A stretch of DNA of 64,000 nt, from NCBI GenBank assembly GCA_965112635.1, contig OZ218778.1, positions 1,536,001 to 1,600,000 of the forward strand, read 5' to 3'. The position numbers were made by a program, and so were the translations under genes. Source of the stretch: an uncultured bacterium (GTDB taxonomy: Bacteria; Oederibacteriota; Oederibacteriia; Oederibacteriales; Oederibacteriaceae). Each line of letters opens with the position of its first letter. The stretch's first letter is position 1. The notes under the pieces are model-generated. The model searched no databases. It saw only the letters and a program-made list of their open reading frames with translations, and had not been told where the DNA came from. Shown here piece by piece: positions 1-10,787 of the stretch.

Positions 1-810
1 ATTTATGTGATTCTTATCCTTTGTTCGATCGGCCTTTTTATTCCATTTCTCTGGTTGATTTCAACGTCCCTTAAGTCACAGCAAGAGATCTTTGCCTATC
101 CTCCTGTTTGGATCCCGCAAAAACTCCAATGGAGCAATTATTACGCTGCGGTGACCATGATCCCTTTCTTTCGTTATCTGTGGAATACTATTTATTTCAC
201 TGTTTTTAGCATCTTTGGGTCAGTTTTTACCGCGGCCATTTGCGCTTATGGTTTCGCAAAGATCAAGGGGGTAGGCAGGGATTTCCTTTTTAGTTTGCTA
301 TTGTCCACCATGATGTTGCCTGGACAGGTCACCATGCTTCCTATCTTTGTGTTGTTCCAGAAGTTGGGATGGATCAATACCTACTTACCGCTTATTGTCC
401 CTGCTTATTTTGGCGGAGGCGCTTTTTCCATTTTCTTGCTGCGCCAATTTTTCAGGACCATACCCACGGATTTGGAAGAAGCAGCATCCATCGATGGGTG
501 CAGCCGAATTGGAATTTTTTTCAGGATCATCCTGCCCCTGTCCCAGCCCGCTTTGCTCACCTTGGTTATTTTTGGGTTTATGGGATGCTGGAACTCCTTT
601 ATGGGTCCTTTGATTTACCTCTCTGACATGGATAAATTCCCGCTTGCTTTGGGTCTTACCTTCTTTAGTTCCATGTATGCGACCAAGACGCCGTGGGGCC
701 CGTTAATGGCCGCCTCATTTTTGATGATCATCCCTATGTTATTATTGTTCTTTTTCTGCCAAAGATATTTCATCGAAGGAATCGTAACGACTTCAGGATT
801 AAAAAATTAG
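1..810 (+). CDS. Carbohydrate ABC transporter permease (MalG-like), probably 5'-truncated by the window edge
   Basis: Multiple TM segments; EAA loop 'DLEEAASIDGCSRIGIFFRIILPL'; frame open to position 1. Confidence 0.93.
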   Translation: MYVILILCSIGLFIPFLWLISTSLKSQQEIFAYPPVWIPQKLQWSNYYAAVTMIPFFRYLWNTIYFTVFSIFGSVFTAAICAYGFAKIKGVGRDFLFSLLLSTMMLPGQVTMLPIFVLFQKLGWINTYLPLIVPAYFGGGAFSIFLLRQFFRTIPTDLEEAASIDGCSRIGIFFRIILPLSQPALLTLVIFGFMGCWNSFMGPLIYLSDMDKFPLALGLTFFSSMYATKTPWGPLMAASFLMIIPMLLLFFFCQRYFIEGIVTTSGLKN

Positions 811-836
811 TTTCTACCCTATTTAAGGAGGTGCCG

Positions 837-1442
837 ATGTTGTTATTTGAAAGAAAGGCGGTCATAGTATTCATCACGCTATTGATTGGAGCTTCCTTTG
901 TTCTCAACTCATGCGCACCTCGCAGCCGAATCAGACATGCAAAGATTGGCGATGAGTTAGAGGATGAGACGCCTGCGGCCGAACAGCCAGTGGCGCCTCC
1001 TCCAGCTGTAGAGGTGGCTGCCGTCCCAACTATTGCTCCGACCGTTGCTGCACCTCCCGCAATCGAGGTCCAGGCTCCTCCTGAGGTGGCAGTGCCAGCC
1101 ACGGCGACCCCTGTTCCGACTTCGACGCCTGTCCCGACGGCCACAGCAGTTCCTGTCAGGGTTGTTGATTCCGCAAAATCCCGCATGATCGTCAAGGGCG
1201 ACACTCTTTGGGACATTTCGGCGGAGAAGGACGTCTATGGAAACGCCTTTTTATGGCCACTTATATTCAGGAGCAACCGCAGCAGAATCCTTGATCCCGA
1301 CCTCATTTATCCGAGGCAGGAGTTGAAGCTTGCCAAGAATTATAGCGATTCAGTCATGGCCAAGGCTATGGACAATGCCAGCAAGACACCCCCTTATAAG
1401 CCTCACCGCAAGCCAAGGAGGAAATTACCAATCTCTTACTGA
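837..1442 (+). CDS. LysM peptidoglycan-binding lipoprotein with Pro/Ala/Thr linker
   Basis: SD AAGGAGG before ATG 837 (ORF-track start 693 overlaps the permease); lipobox-like 'LNSC'; LysM 'VKGDTLWDIS...WPLIFRSNR...PDLIYP'. Confidence 0.85.
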   Translation: MLLFERKAVIVFITLLIGASFVLNSCAPRSRIRHAKIGDELEDETPAAEQPVAPPPAVEVAAVPTIAPTVAAPPAIEVQAPPEVAVPATATPVPTSTPVPTATAVPVRVVDSAKSRMIVKGDTLWDISAEKDVYGNAFLWPLIFRSNRSRILDPDLIYPRQELKLAKNYSDSVMAKAMDNASKTPPYKPHRKPRRKLPISY

Positions 1443-1485
1443 GGTTTTTGCGGACCTAATCAGTTGTGGCGTGGAGTTGCGTTAA

Positions 1486-2403
1486 ATGGGGAAAGGGGCT
1501 TTTTTTCGCATCATTGCGTTTCTATTAGTTGGCAGTTTTGTGGTCTCAGGTTGTGCTATAAGGCCATCCCAAAAGGACACCCTCTCAGCCCCACAATCTT
1601 CAGTGACTGAACTTAAAAACAGTGCGGCCTATGAAGAGCGAGCTTTAAATAGTCTCAGACAAGGCAACTACGCCTGGTCTATAGCCGATTATGAGAAAGC
1701 CATTGAGTTAGACCCTGAAAATGCACGCCTCTATGTCAACCTCGCCTCTCTTTATGAAAAAAAAGAAGATTATAAAAAGATGATCGAGGTGTGTCGTCAT
1801 GGGCTTGAACAAAAGCCAAGCGATCCATTTCTGGTTTTGCAGCTCGGAAATGCGTATAGCGGAGCGGGTTATTTACCCCAGGCCATCGATAGTTATAAAC
1901 AAGCCATCGCTCTGGATCCCCAAAATACCGATACCTATTATAATTTAGGTTTGGTTTATGATGACAGCTACAACTATACGGGTGCTATCCAAACCTATGA
2001 AAAATTACTCAAGATAAAACCCAACGAAACCGATGCTCTGTCCAATTTGGCGGCCCTTTATTTGGAAAAGGGGCAATACAGCAAAGCTGAAGAGATATCC
2101 CAAAGAAGTCTGAAGTCCGACCCCCACGACGCCGACGCTTATTTCAATCTTGGATTAACATATTTCAAAAGTTTGCACTATCCTGAAGCGATCGTCGCAT
2201 ACCAAAAAGCCCTTGAGATCAATCCCGCCATGGACCAGGCCTACTACAATTTAGCCTTGGCCCAAGAAAAACAGTCCGATTTCAAGGAGGCAGTCAAATC
2301 TTGGCAAGATTATCTCAAGATCACCGAGGATGAAGAAGGGGTTAAAGAGGCGGTTGCTCATATACTTCTTATCACCCACGAGCATCATCTTGAGGGGCAT
2401 TAA
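1486..2403 (+). CDS. TPR-repeat lipoprotein
   Basis: Lipobox 'VSGC'; tandem TPR units such as 'AYFNLGLTY...EAIVAYQKALEINP'. Confidence 0.88.
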   Translation: MGKGAFFRIIAFLLVGSFVVSGCAIRPSQKDTLSAPQSSVTELKNSAAYEERALNSLRQGNYAWSIADYEKAIELDPENARLYVNLASLYEKKEDYKKMIEVCRHGLEQKPSDPFLVLQLGNAYSGAGYLPQAIDSYKQAIALDPQNTDTYYNLGLVYDDSYNYTGAIQTYEKLLKIKPNETDALSNLAALYLEKGQYSKAEEISQRSLKSDPHDADAYFNLGLTYFKSLHYPEAIVAYQKALEINPAMDQAYYNLALAQEKQSDFKEAVKSWQDYLKITEDEEGVKEAVAHILLITHEHHLEGH

Positions 2404-2412
2404 AGGGACAGA

Positions 2413-3177
2413 ATGGGAAGAAAAGATTTTACAGGACCATGGCGGGAAGATAAAAAAAGTAATACGGTCAGGGAACTTTTCGATTCTTTGGCAGAACGCT
2501 ATGATCTATTTAATTTAGTTGCCAGTCTTTTTCAGGAGAGATATTGGCGGAAGACTTTGAACCGGTTCGTAAGACCGGATACGACAATCCTAGATCTGTG
2601 TTCCGGCACTGGCCAACAGGTTTTTTCCATGGATAGGGCAGTGGCTGGAAAGGGAACAGGGAAATGCAAGATTGTTGGCATCGATTTTTCTAGAGGTATG
2701 ATTAAAATTGCGGATCAAAGATTGCGGAAGTGTCCCCGGACCTCCAAGATAGAGTTTCGGCTTGCCAGAGCAGAGCATATCCCATTCAAGCCAAACACTT
2801 TTGATACTATAACTTCAGAATTCGCCATGAGAAGTTTATTTCCTAGCCTTAATGAGGTGCTTCAAGAGATTTACAGGGTTTTAAAGCCTGGTGGGCAGGT
2901 CCTTATCCTAGAATTGACCAGGCCACCGCATTTTATCCTGTTCGCCATTTATAGGTTGTATCTGACTCTGATTCTTCCCTTGGTTAGTTTGGCTATTTTC
3001 GGTCGCGCCAGGTCGGTCAATTTTTTACGCCAATCCATCCTGCATTTTCATTCGGCTGAGGATTTTAAGAAAAGATTACAATGGGCGGGATTGCGGAAAA
3101 TCAACGTTTTTCGCCTAAGCGGAGGAATAGCCACATTATTTATGGCGACAAAAGTGAGTTGCAGGGAAATCCGGTAA
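2413..3177 (+). CDS. ubiE: UbiE/MenG-family quinone C-methyltransferase
   Basis: 'VRELFDSLAERYDLFN', SAM motif 'ILDLCSGTG', 'EIYRVLKPGG'. Confidence 0.85.
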   Translation: MGRKDFTGPWREDKKSNTVRELFDSLAERYDLFNLVASLFQERYWRKTLNRFVRPDTTILDLCSGTGQQVFSMDRAVAGKGTGKCKIVGIDFSRGMIKIADQRLRKCPRTSKIEFRLARAEHIPFKPNTFDTITSEFAMRSLFPSLNEVLQEIYRVLKPGGQVLILELTRPPHFILFAIYRLYLTLILPLVSLAIFGRARSVNFLRQSILHFHSAEDFKKRLQWAGLRKINVFRLSGGIATLFMATKVSCREIR

Positions 3178-3331
3178 AAGCGATGAAGTAGAAAATATCC
3201 TGCTTGAACAGAATGGCTTATAATTCTTGCCTTTTATCCTCACCCCAAGTATATTTTCCCAAGAGTTTTTTTTATCAGAAAAGTTTATATTGAGCTACAA
3301 TACCCAATACTTGAAATTATGAGGTGGGCCC

Positions 3332-4150
3332 TTGGCTGCCATTAAAAAAAAATCGACATTAAAAGTTCGTTCTCTCTTATCTAAAGAAGTGTGGTTTTCT
3401 TTGATGATCATTTCTTTGATCTTGTCGGTCTTGGTCGTGCCCATGAGGCAGGCTTTGCTGGTGATAGCGTTTCTTTGTGCGGTCGGCTATCTATGGCTCG
3501 AACGAAAGGCAGCGAAGATAAGGCAGAAGATCGAGCAATTCAGCGAAGAGTTAAATATGGTGAAAAGCTTTGAGGAGGGGAGTTTTTTTGACAAAGCCAA
3601 AGAGAGATATCAGAGATTATTGGGCAAATACAGGGAAATCCCGGAATTCACCCTGCTCGTCAAGGAATGTTTGAGAAGGCTTGAAATCAGCGAACATCTC
3701 AGCATCAGAAAGCCTATTCCTCGGAGTGAATATATTCTTTACAAACAGGCCGCCGCTGAAGGGAAAATGAGGTCCGAAAGGTCCAGAAAATTGACCGAAA
3801 CCGAGGACCGGAGAGACAGGCGTATTCATTCCAGGCTGTCTGTGGATATCAGGGTCGGCTCTGTTATGAGTATGGGTGATTCTTTGACAAAACACGAGGC
3901 AACTATAAAAAATATTAGCGTGGGCGGCGCGCTTGTGGAAAGCAGGCTGCGATTTAATCTGGGTGATACCATTATGCTCTCCAGTATCCCTATTCCCGAA
4001 GGGACTACTTTGCAGGATGTCGTGGCAAGAGTCGTCCGGGTGGTGGAGGGACATATCCATCAAGCCGGGCTGGAGTTCATGTACCTGGAACCCGTGGATA
4101 TAAAGAGAATAGAAGGCTACATCCAAAAAGCAGTCGGTCAAACGGATTAA
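3332..4150 (+). CDS. Membrane-anchored PilZ-domain (c-di-GMP receptor) protein
   Basis: Two N-terminal TM helices; RxxxR 'RRIHSR' plus N/DxSxxG 'NISVGG'; C-terminal 'AGLEF'. Confidence 0.8.
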   Translation: MAAIKKKSTLKVRSLLSKEVWFSLMIISLILSVLVVPMRQALLVIAFLCAVGYLWLERKAAKIRQKIEQFSEELNMVKSFEEGSFFDKAKERYQRLLGKYREIPEFTLLVKECLRRLEISEHLSIRKPIPRSEYILYKQAAAEGKMRSERSRKLTETEDRRDRRIHSRLSVDIRVGSVMSMGDSLTKHEATIKNISVGGALVESRLRFNLGDTIMLSSIPIPEGTTLQDVVARVVRVVEGHIHQAGLEFMYLEPVDIKRIEGYIQKAVGQTD

Positions 4151-4213
4151 CCTGGATACGCGAACGGTTCAGCAAGGTTTGTCCTGCAGACAATATCATC
4201 TGATGAGTCAAGT

Positions 4214-4289
4214 GGCGGAGTAGCTCAATTGGTAGAGCAAGCGGTTCATACCCGCTATGTCGGGGGTTCGATTCCCTCCTCCGCTACCA
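4214..4289 (+). tRNA. tRNA-Met(CAT), elongator-type
   Basis: 76-nt cloverleaf: GGCGGAG/CTCCGCT acceptor stem, D-arm TAGCTCAATTGGTAGAGC, anticodon loop TTCATAC, T-loop GGTTCGATT, encoded CCA; G1 is paired, so not initiator-type. Confidence 0.92.
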
Positions 4290-4410
4290 ATTTTATTTCT
4301 GTCCCATATTTTCCCTAGATAAACTCACTCCGCGGCAGATACGGCGTGGTTTTTACTTGAGGTCATAAAAAATCCCCTTTTGTTTCTAGGGTCAGTTAGA
4401 ATAGTTGATT

Positions 4411-5817
4411 ATGTTAGAGAATAAATTTCGACAGACTATCACAAGCCAGTCTTTTTTTAAAAAAGGTGAAAAGGTCCTGGTAGGTGTTTCCGGCGGTCCG
4501 GACTCCACAGCTTTGCTTCACCTTTTGTGCGGTTTAAAAAAAACATATCAGATGGAAATTTATGCCGCCCATTTGAACCATCAACTGCGCGGAAAAGAGT
4601 CCGACCGGGATTCTGCTTGGCTCAAAAAACTAAGCAGTTCCCTCAGGGTGCCTTTCTACACTAAAAAAATTGCAGTCAAAAGCCACGCTAAAAGGATGAA
4701 GTTATCTTTGGAAGAGAGTGGCAGGCTTTTAAGGTATGAATTTTTTAGAACAATTTGCCGTTCCTTAGGATGTCGTAAGATCGTCTTGGGTCATACTGCC
4801 GATGACCAGGTTGAAACCATGCTTTTGTTCCTTATCAGAGGTGCTGGCAAAAAAGGCATGGCCGCTATGTCAGAAATAGCCCCGCTTTCCCAGGATCCTT
4901 CTATCTCAATCGTACGGCCGTTTATTCAAATCTGGAAAAAAGAGATTTTGAGATACTTAAGGGCCAACCGATATAAATTCAGGACCGATAGAACAAATTT
5001 AAGTAACTTATTTTTAAGGAACCGGGTTCGCAATCAACTTCTTCCGTTTCTGTCTAAATTCAATCCCAAGGTCAAAGAGCGGCTTTTGAGTCTTTCGGGG
5101 ATTTTTGAATCTGACGAGAAATTGCTAAGGGAATTAGCCCTGCAATTCCTCAAAAGGGAGGCAGCTTTTTCCCCAAAAGGATTCATCATGCCCGCACGAG
5201 CATACAGGGCACTGCCGCTAGCCTTGCAGGCAAGAGTATTCCAGCAGATGGTTTTGCTGTTAAAAGGAGACCTTAAAAAGATTGGTTATAACCATTTTAA
5301 AAATATCCTTAAAATTGTGGGAGTTGAGGGAAGTGATGCCGCGGTAGCACTGCCAGACGAACTTGTTTTGAAAAAGAGCGGGGGGCAGTATTATCTGTCC
5401 AAAACAGCGAGCAAGGCAAGGCAAGATTTTCACTGTTCGTTAAAAGTTCCTGGCACAACTATTTGGGAACCAACAGGCCAGCGAATTCAAGCTACCTTTC
5501 GAGGACAAAAAGGGAACGGCAATAAAAAAAAGTTTTATCTGGAAAGGTTTGATACAAAAGAAATCAAAATGCCCCTGGAATTACGGTCCTGGAAACAGGG
5601 AGATAAAATACGACCTTTTGGCTTAGAAGGCCATCAAAAGATCCAGGATCTCTTGATGGACCACAAAATTGGACGCGAGCAGCGGCGGGTTTGGCCTATT
5701 TTGGTTGATGCAAATGGGGAAATACTTTGGGTAGTAGGATTGAGGAGGTCTGAGGCGGGCAGGGTAACCCAGAAAACAATGAAAATATTGAGTTTGTCGG
5801 TCCAAGGAAAACAATGA
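4411..5817 (+). CDS. tilS: tRNA(Ile)-lysidine synthetase
   Basis: PP-loop 'VSGGPDS', 'HLNHQLRG', 'GHTADDQVET', 'RNRVR', TilS C-terminal domain; alternative TTG start at 4405. Confidence 0.95.
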   Translation: MLENKFRQTITSQSFFKKGEKVLVGVSGGPDSTALLHLLCGLKKTYQMEIYAAHLNHQLRGKESDRDSAWLKKLSSSLRVPFYTKKIAVKSHAKRMKLSLEESGRLLRYEFFRTICRSLGCRKIVLGHTADDQVETMLLFLIRGAGKKGMAAMSEIAPLSQDPSISIVRPFIQIWKKEILRYLRANRYKFRTDRTNLSNLFLRNRVRNQLLPFLSKFNPKVKERLLSLSGIFESDEKLLRELALQFLKREAAFSPKGFIMPARAYRALPLALQARVFQQMVLLLKGDLKKIGYNHFKNILKIVGVEGSDAAVALPDELVLKKSGGQYYLSKTASKARQDFHCSLKVPGTTIWEPTGQRIQATFRGQKGNGNKKKFYLERFDTKEIKMPLELRSWKQGDKIRPFGLEGHQKIQDLLMDHKIGREQRRVWPILVDANGEILWVVGLRRSEAGRVTQKTMKILSLSVQGKQ

Positions 5818-5918
5818 GTTTCCCCCAGGTGTTCTTTGTCTAGGTGAACATATCTTTTTATGATAATATCTTTTTTGTTTATTCACTCTAATTGTTTGGT
5901 GGTTCAGGAGGGAAAGCC

Positions 5919-7817
5919 GTGAAGGGCCAGTCGCGCACATTTGCCCTATGGTTGATGATCATCATTCTGGGGATTGTTCTGTATAGCCTTATTTACCCTA
6001 TAAACCAGGGGCCCAAATCCATTCTTTATAGCGAATTTATCAAGATGGCGGAGCAGGGCCAGGTGGAACACGCCACTATCATTGAGAAAAACATCGAGGT
6101 GGAATTCAAAGACCACACCAAGCCTAAAGTAAAGGTCTATGCCCCGGAAGACCCTGATCTCATCAAAATCCTCAGGCAAGCCAATGTCATGATCGAGGCC
6201 AAGGAACCCGTTCAGTCGTTCTGGCCCATGATATTGCAATTTATTATGTATGGTGTCCCCCTTTTTATAATAGTTTGGTGGTTTTTGATGATCCGACAAA
6301 TGCAAGGCGGGGGGGCCGGTGGCGCTCTATCGTTCGGCAAAAGCAAAGCCAAAATGTTCATTGGAGGGCCGTCCAAGATCACCTTTGTCGACGTGGCCGG
6401 AGTTGATGAGGCCAAGGAAGAATTAAAAGAAATCATTGATTTTTTGAAAGACCCGAAAAAATACCAGAGACTCGGCGGCAGGATCCCCAAAGGGGTCTTG
6501 CTGATCGGACCGACCGGCACCGGCAAAACTTTGCTGGCTAAAGCCGTGGCTGGAGAGGCCGGAGTCCCTTTTTTCTCGGTAAGCGGGTCGGATTTCGTGG
6601 AAATGTTCGTGGGAGTCGGCGCTTCCCGTGTCAGGGACCTTTTTGACCAGGGCAGGCGGAACGCGCCGTGCATCATTTTTGTCGATGAGATCGACGCGGT
6701 AGGAAGGCAGCGCGGGGCAGGATTGGGGGGAGGCCATGACGAGAGGGAACAGACCCTGAACCAGCTTTTGGTCGAAATAGACGGTTTTGACACCACTCCA
6801 GGGGTTATTTTGATCGCCTCCACCAACAGGCCGGATGTCTTGGACCCGGCTCTCCTGAGGCCAGGACGGTTCGACCGCCAGGTGGTCGTGGACCGACCCG
6901 ACCTTTTAGGCAGAGTGGCCATTTTAAAGGTCCATACCAGGAAGGTGATCCTGGTCCAAGAGGTTGACCTCCAGACCTTGGCCCGCAGGACGCCCGGGTT
7001 CTCAGGCGCTGACCTGGCCAACCTTGTCAATGAAGCGGCTTTGCTGGCGGCCCGGAGGGATAAAAAAGCTGTGGAGATGTCCGAGCTGGAAGAAGCCATT
7101 GACCGTGTCATGGCCGGGCCTGAGCGTAAAAGCAGGGTCATGAGCGAAAAGGAAAAAAAGACCATCGCCTTCCATGAATGCGGGCACGCCTTGGTCACCC
7201 ATTACACCGCCGGCACAAACCCAGTCCACAAGATCTCCATCATTCCCAGGGGTCATGCGGCTTTAGGGTATACCCTGCAGTTGCCCTTGGAGGACAGATT
7301 CATTGCGTTAAAATCAGAGATCCTTGGCGAGATCTGCGTTCTACTGGGCGGACGCGCAGCCGAAGAGATCGTTTTCAAGGAGATATCCACAGGCGCCCAT
7401 AACGACCTGGAAAGAGCGACCGAAACCGCGCATAAAATGGTCTGCGAGTACGGCATGAGCAAGAGGATCGGAACATTGACCTTGGGACGCAAAGAGGAGC
7501 AGGTCTTCTTGGGCCGGGACCTATTTAAGGAGAAAAACTACAGCGAAAAGACCGCGGAGAAGATAGACGAAGAGGTCAGTCTCATCATCAACCAGTGTTA
7601 CCAAAAGGCAAAAAATTTATTGAATAAGAACAAGAAAAAATTGAGCGCCTTGGCCAATGTCTTGCTGGAAAAAGAAATCCTGGACCGTACCGAGGTTGAG
7701 AAGATATTGGGGGTCAAAAAAACTGCCGATAGAAAAGAAGAGCCAGCGCGGAAAAATCCAGAACCTTTGTCCGGACCGGATCGTGGTGAGGGCAGTTCTG
7801 ACCCAAAGAAGGCCTAG
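5919..7817 (+). CDS. ftsH: ATP-dependent zinc metalloprotease FtsH
   Basis: Two TM; Walker A 'GPTGTGKT'; '[11 protein letters not shown]'; HEXGH 'HECGH'; GTG start after AGGAGG. Confidence 0.97.
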   Translation: MKGQSRTFALWLMIIILGIVLYSLIYPINQGPKSILYSEFIKMAEQGQVEHATIIEKNIEVEFKDHTKPKVKVYAPEDPDLIKILRQANVMIEAKEPVQSFWPMILQFIMYGVPLFIIVWWFLMIRQMQGGGAGGALSFGKSKAKMFIGGPSKITFVDVAGVDEAKEELKEIIDFLKDPKKYQRLGGRIPKGVLLIGPTGTGKTLLAKAVAGEAGVPFFSVSGSDFVEMFVGVGASRVRDLFDQGRRNAPCIIFVDEIDAVGRQRGAGLGGGHDEREQTLNQLLVEIDGFDTTPGVILIASTNRPDVLDPALLRPGRFDRQVVVDRPDLLGRVAILKVHTRKVILVQEVDLQTLARRTPGFSGADLANLVNEAALLAARRDKKAVEMSELEEAIDRVMAGPERKSRVMSEKEKKTIAFHECGHALVTHYTAGTNPVHKISIIPRGHAALGYTLQLPLEDRFIALKSEILGEICVLLGGRAAEEIVFKEISTGAHNDLERATETAHKMVCEYGMSKRIGTLTLGRKEEQVFLGRDLFKEKNYSEKTAEKIDEEVSLIINQCYQKAKNLLNKNKKKLSALANVLLEKEILDRTEVEKILGVKKTADRKEEPARKNPEPLSGPDRGEGSSDPKKA

Positions 7818-7902
7818 CTTCCCCTTGAGCACCCATGACTTCCATGCAGGGTTAACAGACCGCTAGTTTGAATCATAATGTTTTAAGGAGGCATCCGGAA
7901 CC

Positions 7903-8463
7903 ATGAATCTTAAAAAGATAGAAAAGGCTGTCAGGGAGATACTGATTGCCATTGGTGAAGACCCCAGCCGGGAAGGGTTGCGCTTCACTCCAAAAAGGGT
8001 CGCTAAAATGTACGCGGAGGTGTTCTCCGGCATTCGCAGGGACCCAAAGAAGGATATCGTCATTTTTACCTCCGAAGACCACGACGAGATCATCATCCTC
8101 AAGGATATTCCTTTTTATTCTTTCTGCGAACATCACCTGATACCCTTCAGCGGACGGGCCCATGTTGCCTATATCCCCCATAAACACAAAATATTGGGGT
8201 TGAGCAAGATAGCCAGGATCATAGACCTTTACGCCAAAAGGCCCCAGCTCCAGGAGAGATTGACCTCGCAGATCGCTGATTTTCTCATGAAACATGTGCA
8301 GGCCGAGGGCGTGCTTGTGATCATTGAAGCGGAGCACCTCTGCATGACCATGCGAGGCGTCAAAAAACCGGGTTCGCTCATGGTGACCTCGGCGGTGCGG
8401 GGGGCTTTTAGAAAAGATGCCACGAGGGCGGAAGCTTTAGCCTTGATCAAGGGAACAAGGTAA
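7903..8463 (+). CDS. folE: GTP cyclohydrolase I
   Basis: 'CEHHLIPF', 'GLSKIAR', 'QLQERLT', 'HLCMTMRG'. Confidence 0.97.
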   Translation: MNLKKIEKAVREILIAIGEDPSREGLRFTPKRVAKMYAEVFSGIRRDPKKDIVIFTSEDHDEIIILKDIPFYSFCEHHLIPFSGRAHVAYIPHKHKILGLSKIARIIDLYAKRPQLQERLTSQIADFLMKHVQAEGVLVIIEAEHLCMTMRGVKKPGSLMVTSAVRGAFRKDATRAEALALIKGTR

Positions 8464-8471
8464 TTAGGACC

Positions 8472-9701
8472 ATGGACCAGCAAAAACCACGCCTTTTAAG
8501 CTGCTACGACCAGCAGGAACTATTGGAACTGATGACCTGGATGGGCGTGGATAAACGGGGAGCGGCCCTGATGGTCCCCAAAGGCCACACCGAACTGGTC
8601 TGCTTTGACAGGGTCAAAAGCCAGACCGCCAACGTCCTCAAACAGGAAATGCTTTCTTTAGGCGGAGACGCTGCGATCCACAGGGGCGTGGTAACCTTCA
8701 AAGAACCTGAAACCGCCCTCCTCCTGATAGGCACTCCCAAACAATACCAGCGGCTTGGCCGCAAACTTCAGTACGATTATTTTAACCTGAGAAATATCGG
8801 GACCGAGCTTAAAGAACTTTTCGGACGCCTCCATAAGACACACCTGTCCCTGACCCTAAGGAAAAGAAATTACCCTCTCGGCAAGAAGACCTTAATCATG
8901 GGTATCCTGAACATCACCCAGGATTCATTTTACGACGGCGGGAGATATATAGACCTGGATAGGGCGCTGCAAAGAGCTTTGGACATGGTCAAGGAAGGCG
9001 CGGACATTATTGATGTTGGCGGTGAGTCTACCCGGCCAGGTTCCCTGCCTATAAGCGAAAAAGAAGAGTTGGCAAGGGTTTTGCCTTTCGTCAAAGCGTT
9101 GCGAAAAAAATGCCCGGTCCCCGTTTCCATTGATACGACCAAAGCCAGCGTGGCCCGGGCCTGTTTGAAAGCCGGAGCGGCTTTGATCAATGATACAAGC
9201 GCCCTTCAGGACGATTCCATGATGAAAAAGGTCGCCGCTTCCTTCAAGGTCCCGGTCGTTTTGATGCACCGGCAGGGAGTGCCGCGGACCATGCAAAAGA
9301 ACCCTGTTTATAAGTCCGTGGTAGGGGATATCATTCACTTCCTCCAGAATAGGGTCGAGGAGGCCAAGCTGGCAGGGATCCCCGAGTCTAGGATCATCGT
9401 CGACCCGGGCATCGGATTTGGTAAGACTTTTGAGCAGAACTTGATCATTCTCAAACATCTTGGCGATTTTAAGACCATGGGTCTGCCGATATTAATTGGG
9501 TCCTCCAGAAAAGCTTTTATTGGTCACACCCTGGGTTTGCCGGTGGAGGAGCGGTTGGAAGGGACAGCCGCGGCCGCGGCCGCGGCCATTTTGCAGGGGG
9601 CGCATATTCTCCGTGTCCACGACATCAAGGAGATCTCCAGGGTGGCCAGGGTCTGCGATGCTATCAAAAACGCCGGCCCCTTGGGAACCAGCGGGTTTTA
9701 A
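8472..9701 (+). CDS. folP: Dihydropteroate synthase with N-terminal extension
   Basis: 'MGILNITQDSFYDGG', 'DVGGESTRPG', 'DPGIGFGK', 'SRKAFIG', 'LRVHD'. Confidence 0.95.
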   Translation: MDQQKPRLLSCYDQQELLELMTWMGVDKRGAALMVPKGHTELVCFDRVKSQTANVLKQEMLSLGGDAAIHRGVVTFKEPETALLLIGTPKQYQRLGRKLQYDYFNLRNIGTELKELFGRLHKTHLSLTLRKRNYPLGKKTLIMGILNITQDSFYDGGRYIDLDRALQRALDMVKEGADIIDVGGESTRPGSLPISEKEELARVLPFVKALRKKCPVPVSIDTTKASVARACLKAGAALINDTSALQDDSMMKKVAASFKVPVVLMHRQGVPRTMQKNPVYKSVVGDIIHFLQNRVEEAKLAGIPESRIIVDPGIGFGKTFEQNLIILKHLGDFKTMGLPILIGSSRKAFIGHTLGLPVEERLEGTAAAAAAAILQGAHILRVHDIKEISRVARVCDAIKNAGPLGTSGF

Positions 9702-9727
9702 AAACTTTTCACTAAAGAAGGGATGCG

Positions 9728-10441
9728 ATGGCCATACTTTCCGTCAATATCGACCATGTCGCCACTTTGAGGGAAGCCAGAAGAGTGGGTGATCCCGACC
9801 TGGTGAATGCCGCCCTGGTTTGCGAGAGAGCCGGGGCCAAGGGTATAACCGTGCATCTGCGCCAGGACCAAAGACATATCAAAGAAAGGGATATCCATCA
9901 ACTGAAGCAAAGGATTAGAACAAGGCTGGACATCGAGGTGTCGTGTGCGTCCCAGATGATCGCCAAAGTCGCGGCTGTGCGGCCTGACCTGGTCACCCTG
10001 GTTCCGGAAAGAGCGGAGGAGTTGACCACTGAGGGTGGGCTGGATGTTTTGCGCCGCGGCAAAGCGGTCCAAAAGGCCCTGGGGCTATTGCGGAAAAAGA
10101 AAATCAAAACAGCATTATTTATCGATCCTGACCTGACCCAGATAAAGCTGTCCGGCAAATTAGGTGCCGGAGTGGTGGAGATCAATACGGGCAAATACGC
10201 CGAGGCAGGAACCGCCAGGAAACGACGGGCGGAACTGGCCAAAATAAGGGCGGCCATACAGTTTTGCCATGCATTTGGGCTTCAGGTCAACGCCGGCCAT
10301 GGCTTGAACTACAAAAACATACAACCTGTTGCTAAAATAGAGGGGATTAAAGAATTCAACATAGGTTTTCATATCATTGCCAGATCAGTTTTGAAAGGTT
10401 TACCCAGGGCTGTGGCAGAAATGGCCCGGTTGGTCAGATAG
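9728..10441 (+). CDS. pdxJ: Pyridoxine 5'-phosphate synthase
   Basis: 'VNIDHVATLR', 'ITVHLRQDQRHI', 'TTEGGLD', 'NAGHGLNY'. Confidence 0.96.
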   Translation: MAILSVNIDHVATLREARRVGDPDLVNAALVCERAGAKGITVHLRQDQRHIKERDIHQLKQRIRTRLDIEVSCASQMIAKVAAVRPDLVTLVPERAEELTTEGGLDVLRRGKAVQKALGLLRKKKIKTALFIDPDLTQIKLSGKLGAGVVEINTGKYAEAGTARKRRAELAKIRAAIQFCHAFGLQVNAGHGLNYKNIQPVAKIEGIKEFNIGFHIIARSVLKGLPRAVAEMARLVR

Positions 10442-10457
10442 GTGAGGAGGAGGACCC

Positions 10458-10775
10458 CTGAAAAAACTTTTTGTTTTAGCCATCATTGCGGCCGTTAGCT
10501 GGGGTCTTTATTGGTTTTATCAAAATGCCAGTAAAGCACAGGATAACCCGGTCACCCATTACACTGGCAGCCTGCAAATCGCCGAACAAAAGGCCCAAAA
10601 AGTTGAATTGCAATCCAATTTGGCTATTTTAAAGGTCGCCATCAGCCAATATCAGAGTAGTCATGGTAAATTTCCCCCTACTTTGCAGGAGCTTGTTTCA
10701 GCCGGGTTTTTGGACAGACTACCTGACGGAGACTACTCCTACGATCCTGGAAATGGTGAGGTGACAGGGAAGTGA
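10458..10775 (+). CDS. Small membrane-anchored protein with GspG/pseudopilin-like C-terminal domain; apparent CTG start; absent from the ORF track
   Basis: Manual translation, 105 aa: MKKLFVLAIIAAVSWGLYWF...LQSNLAILKVAISQYQSSHGKFPPTLQELVSAGFLDRLP...YSYDPGNGEV; SD AGGAGGAGG upstream; fills the pdxJ-acpS gap. Confidence 0.72.
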   Translation: MKKLFVLAIIAAVSWGLYWFYQNASKAQDNPVTHYTGSLQIAEQKAQKVELQSNLAILKVAISQYQSSHGKFPPTLQELVSAGFLDRLPDGDYSYDPGNGEVTGK

Positions 10776-10787
10776 GACGAGGTTAAA

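Noticed and set aside
4214-4289. CAT-anticodon tRNA directly upstream of tilS as its substrate tRNA-Ile2
   Set aside because: The acceptor stem GGCGGAG lacks the C4/C5 pairs associated with TilS recognition and the sequence resembles elongator tRNA-Met; adjacency alone is not evidence
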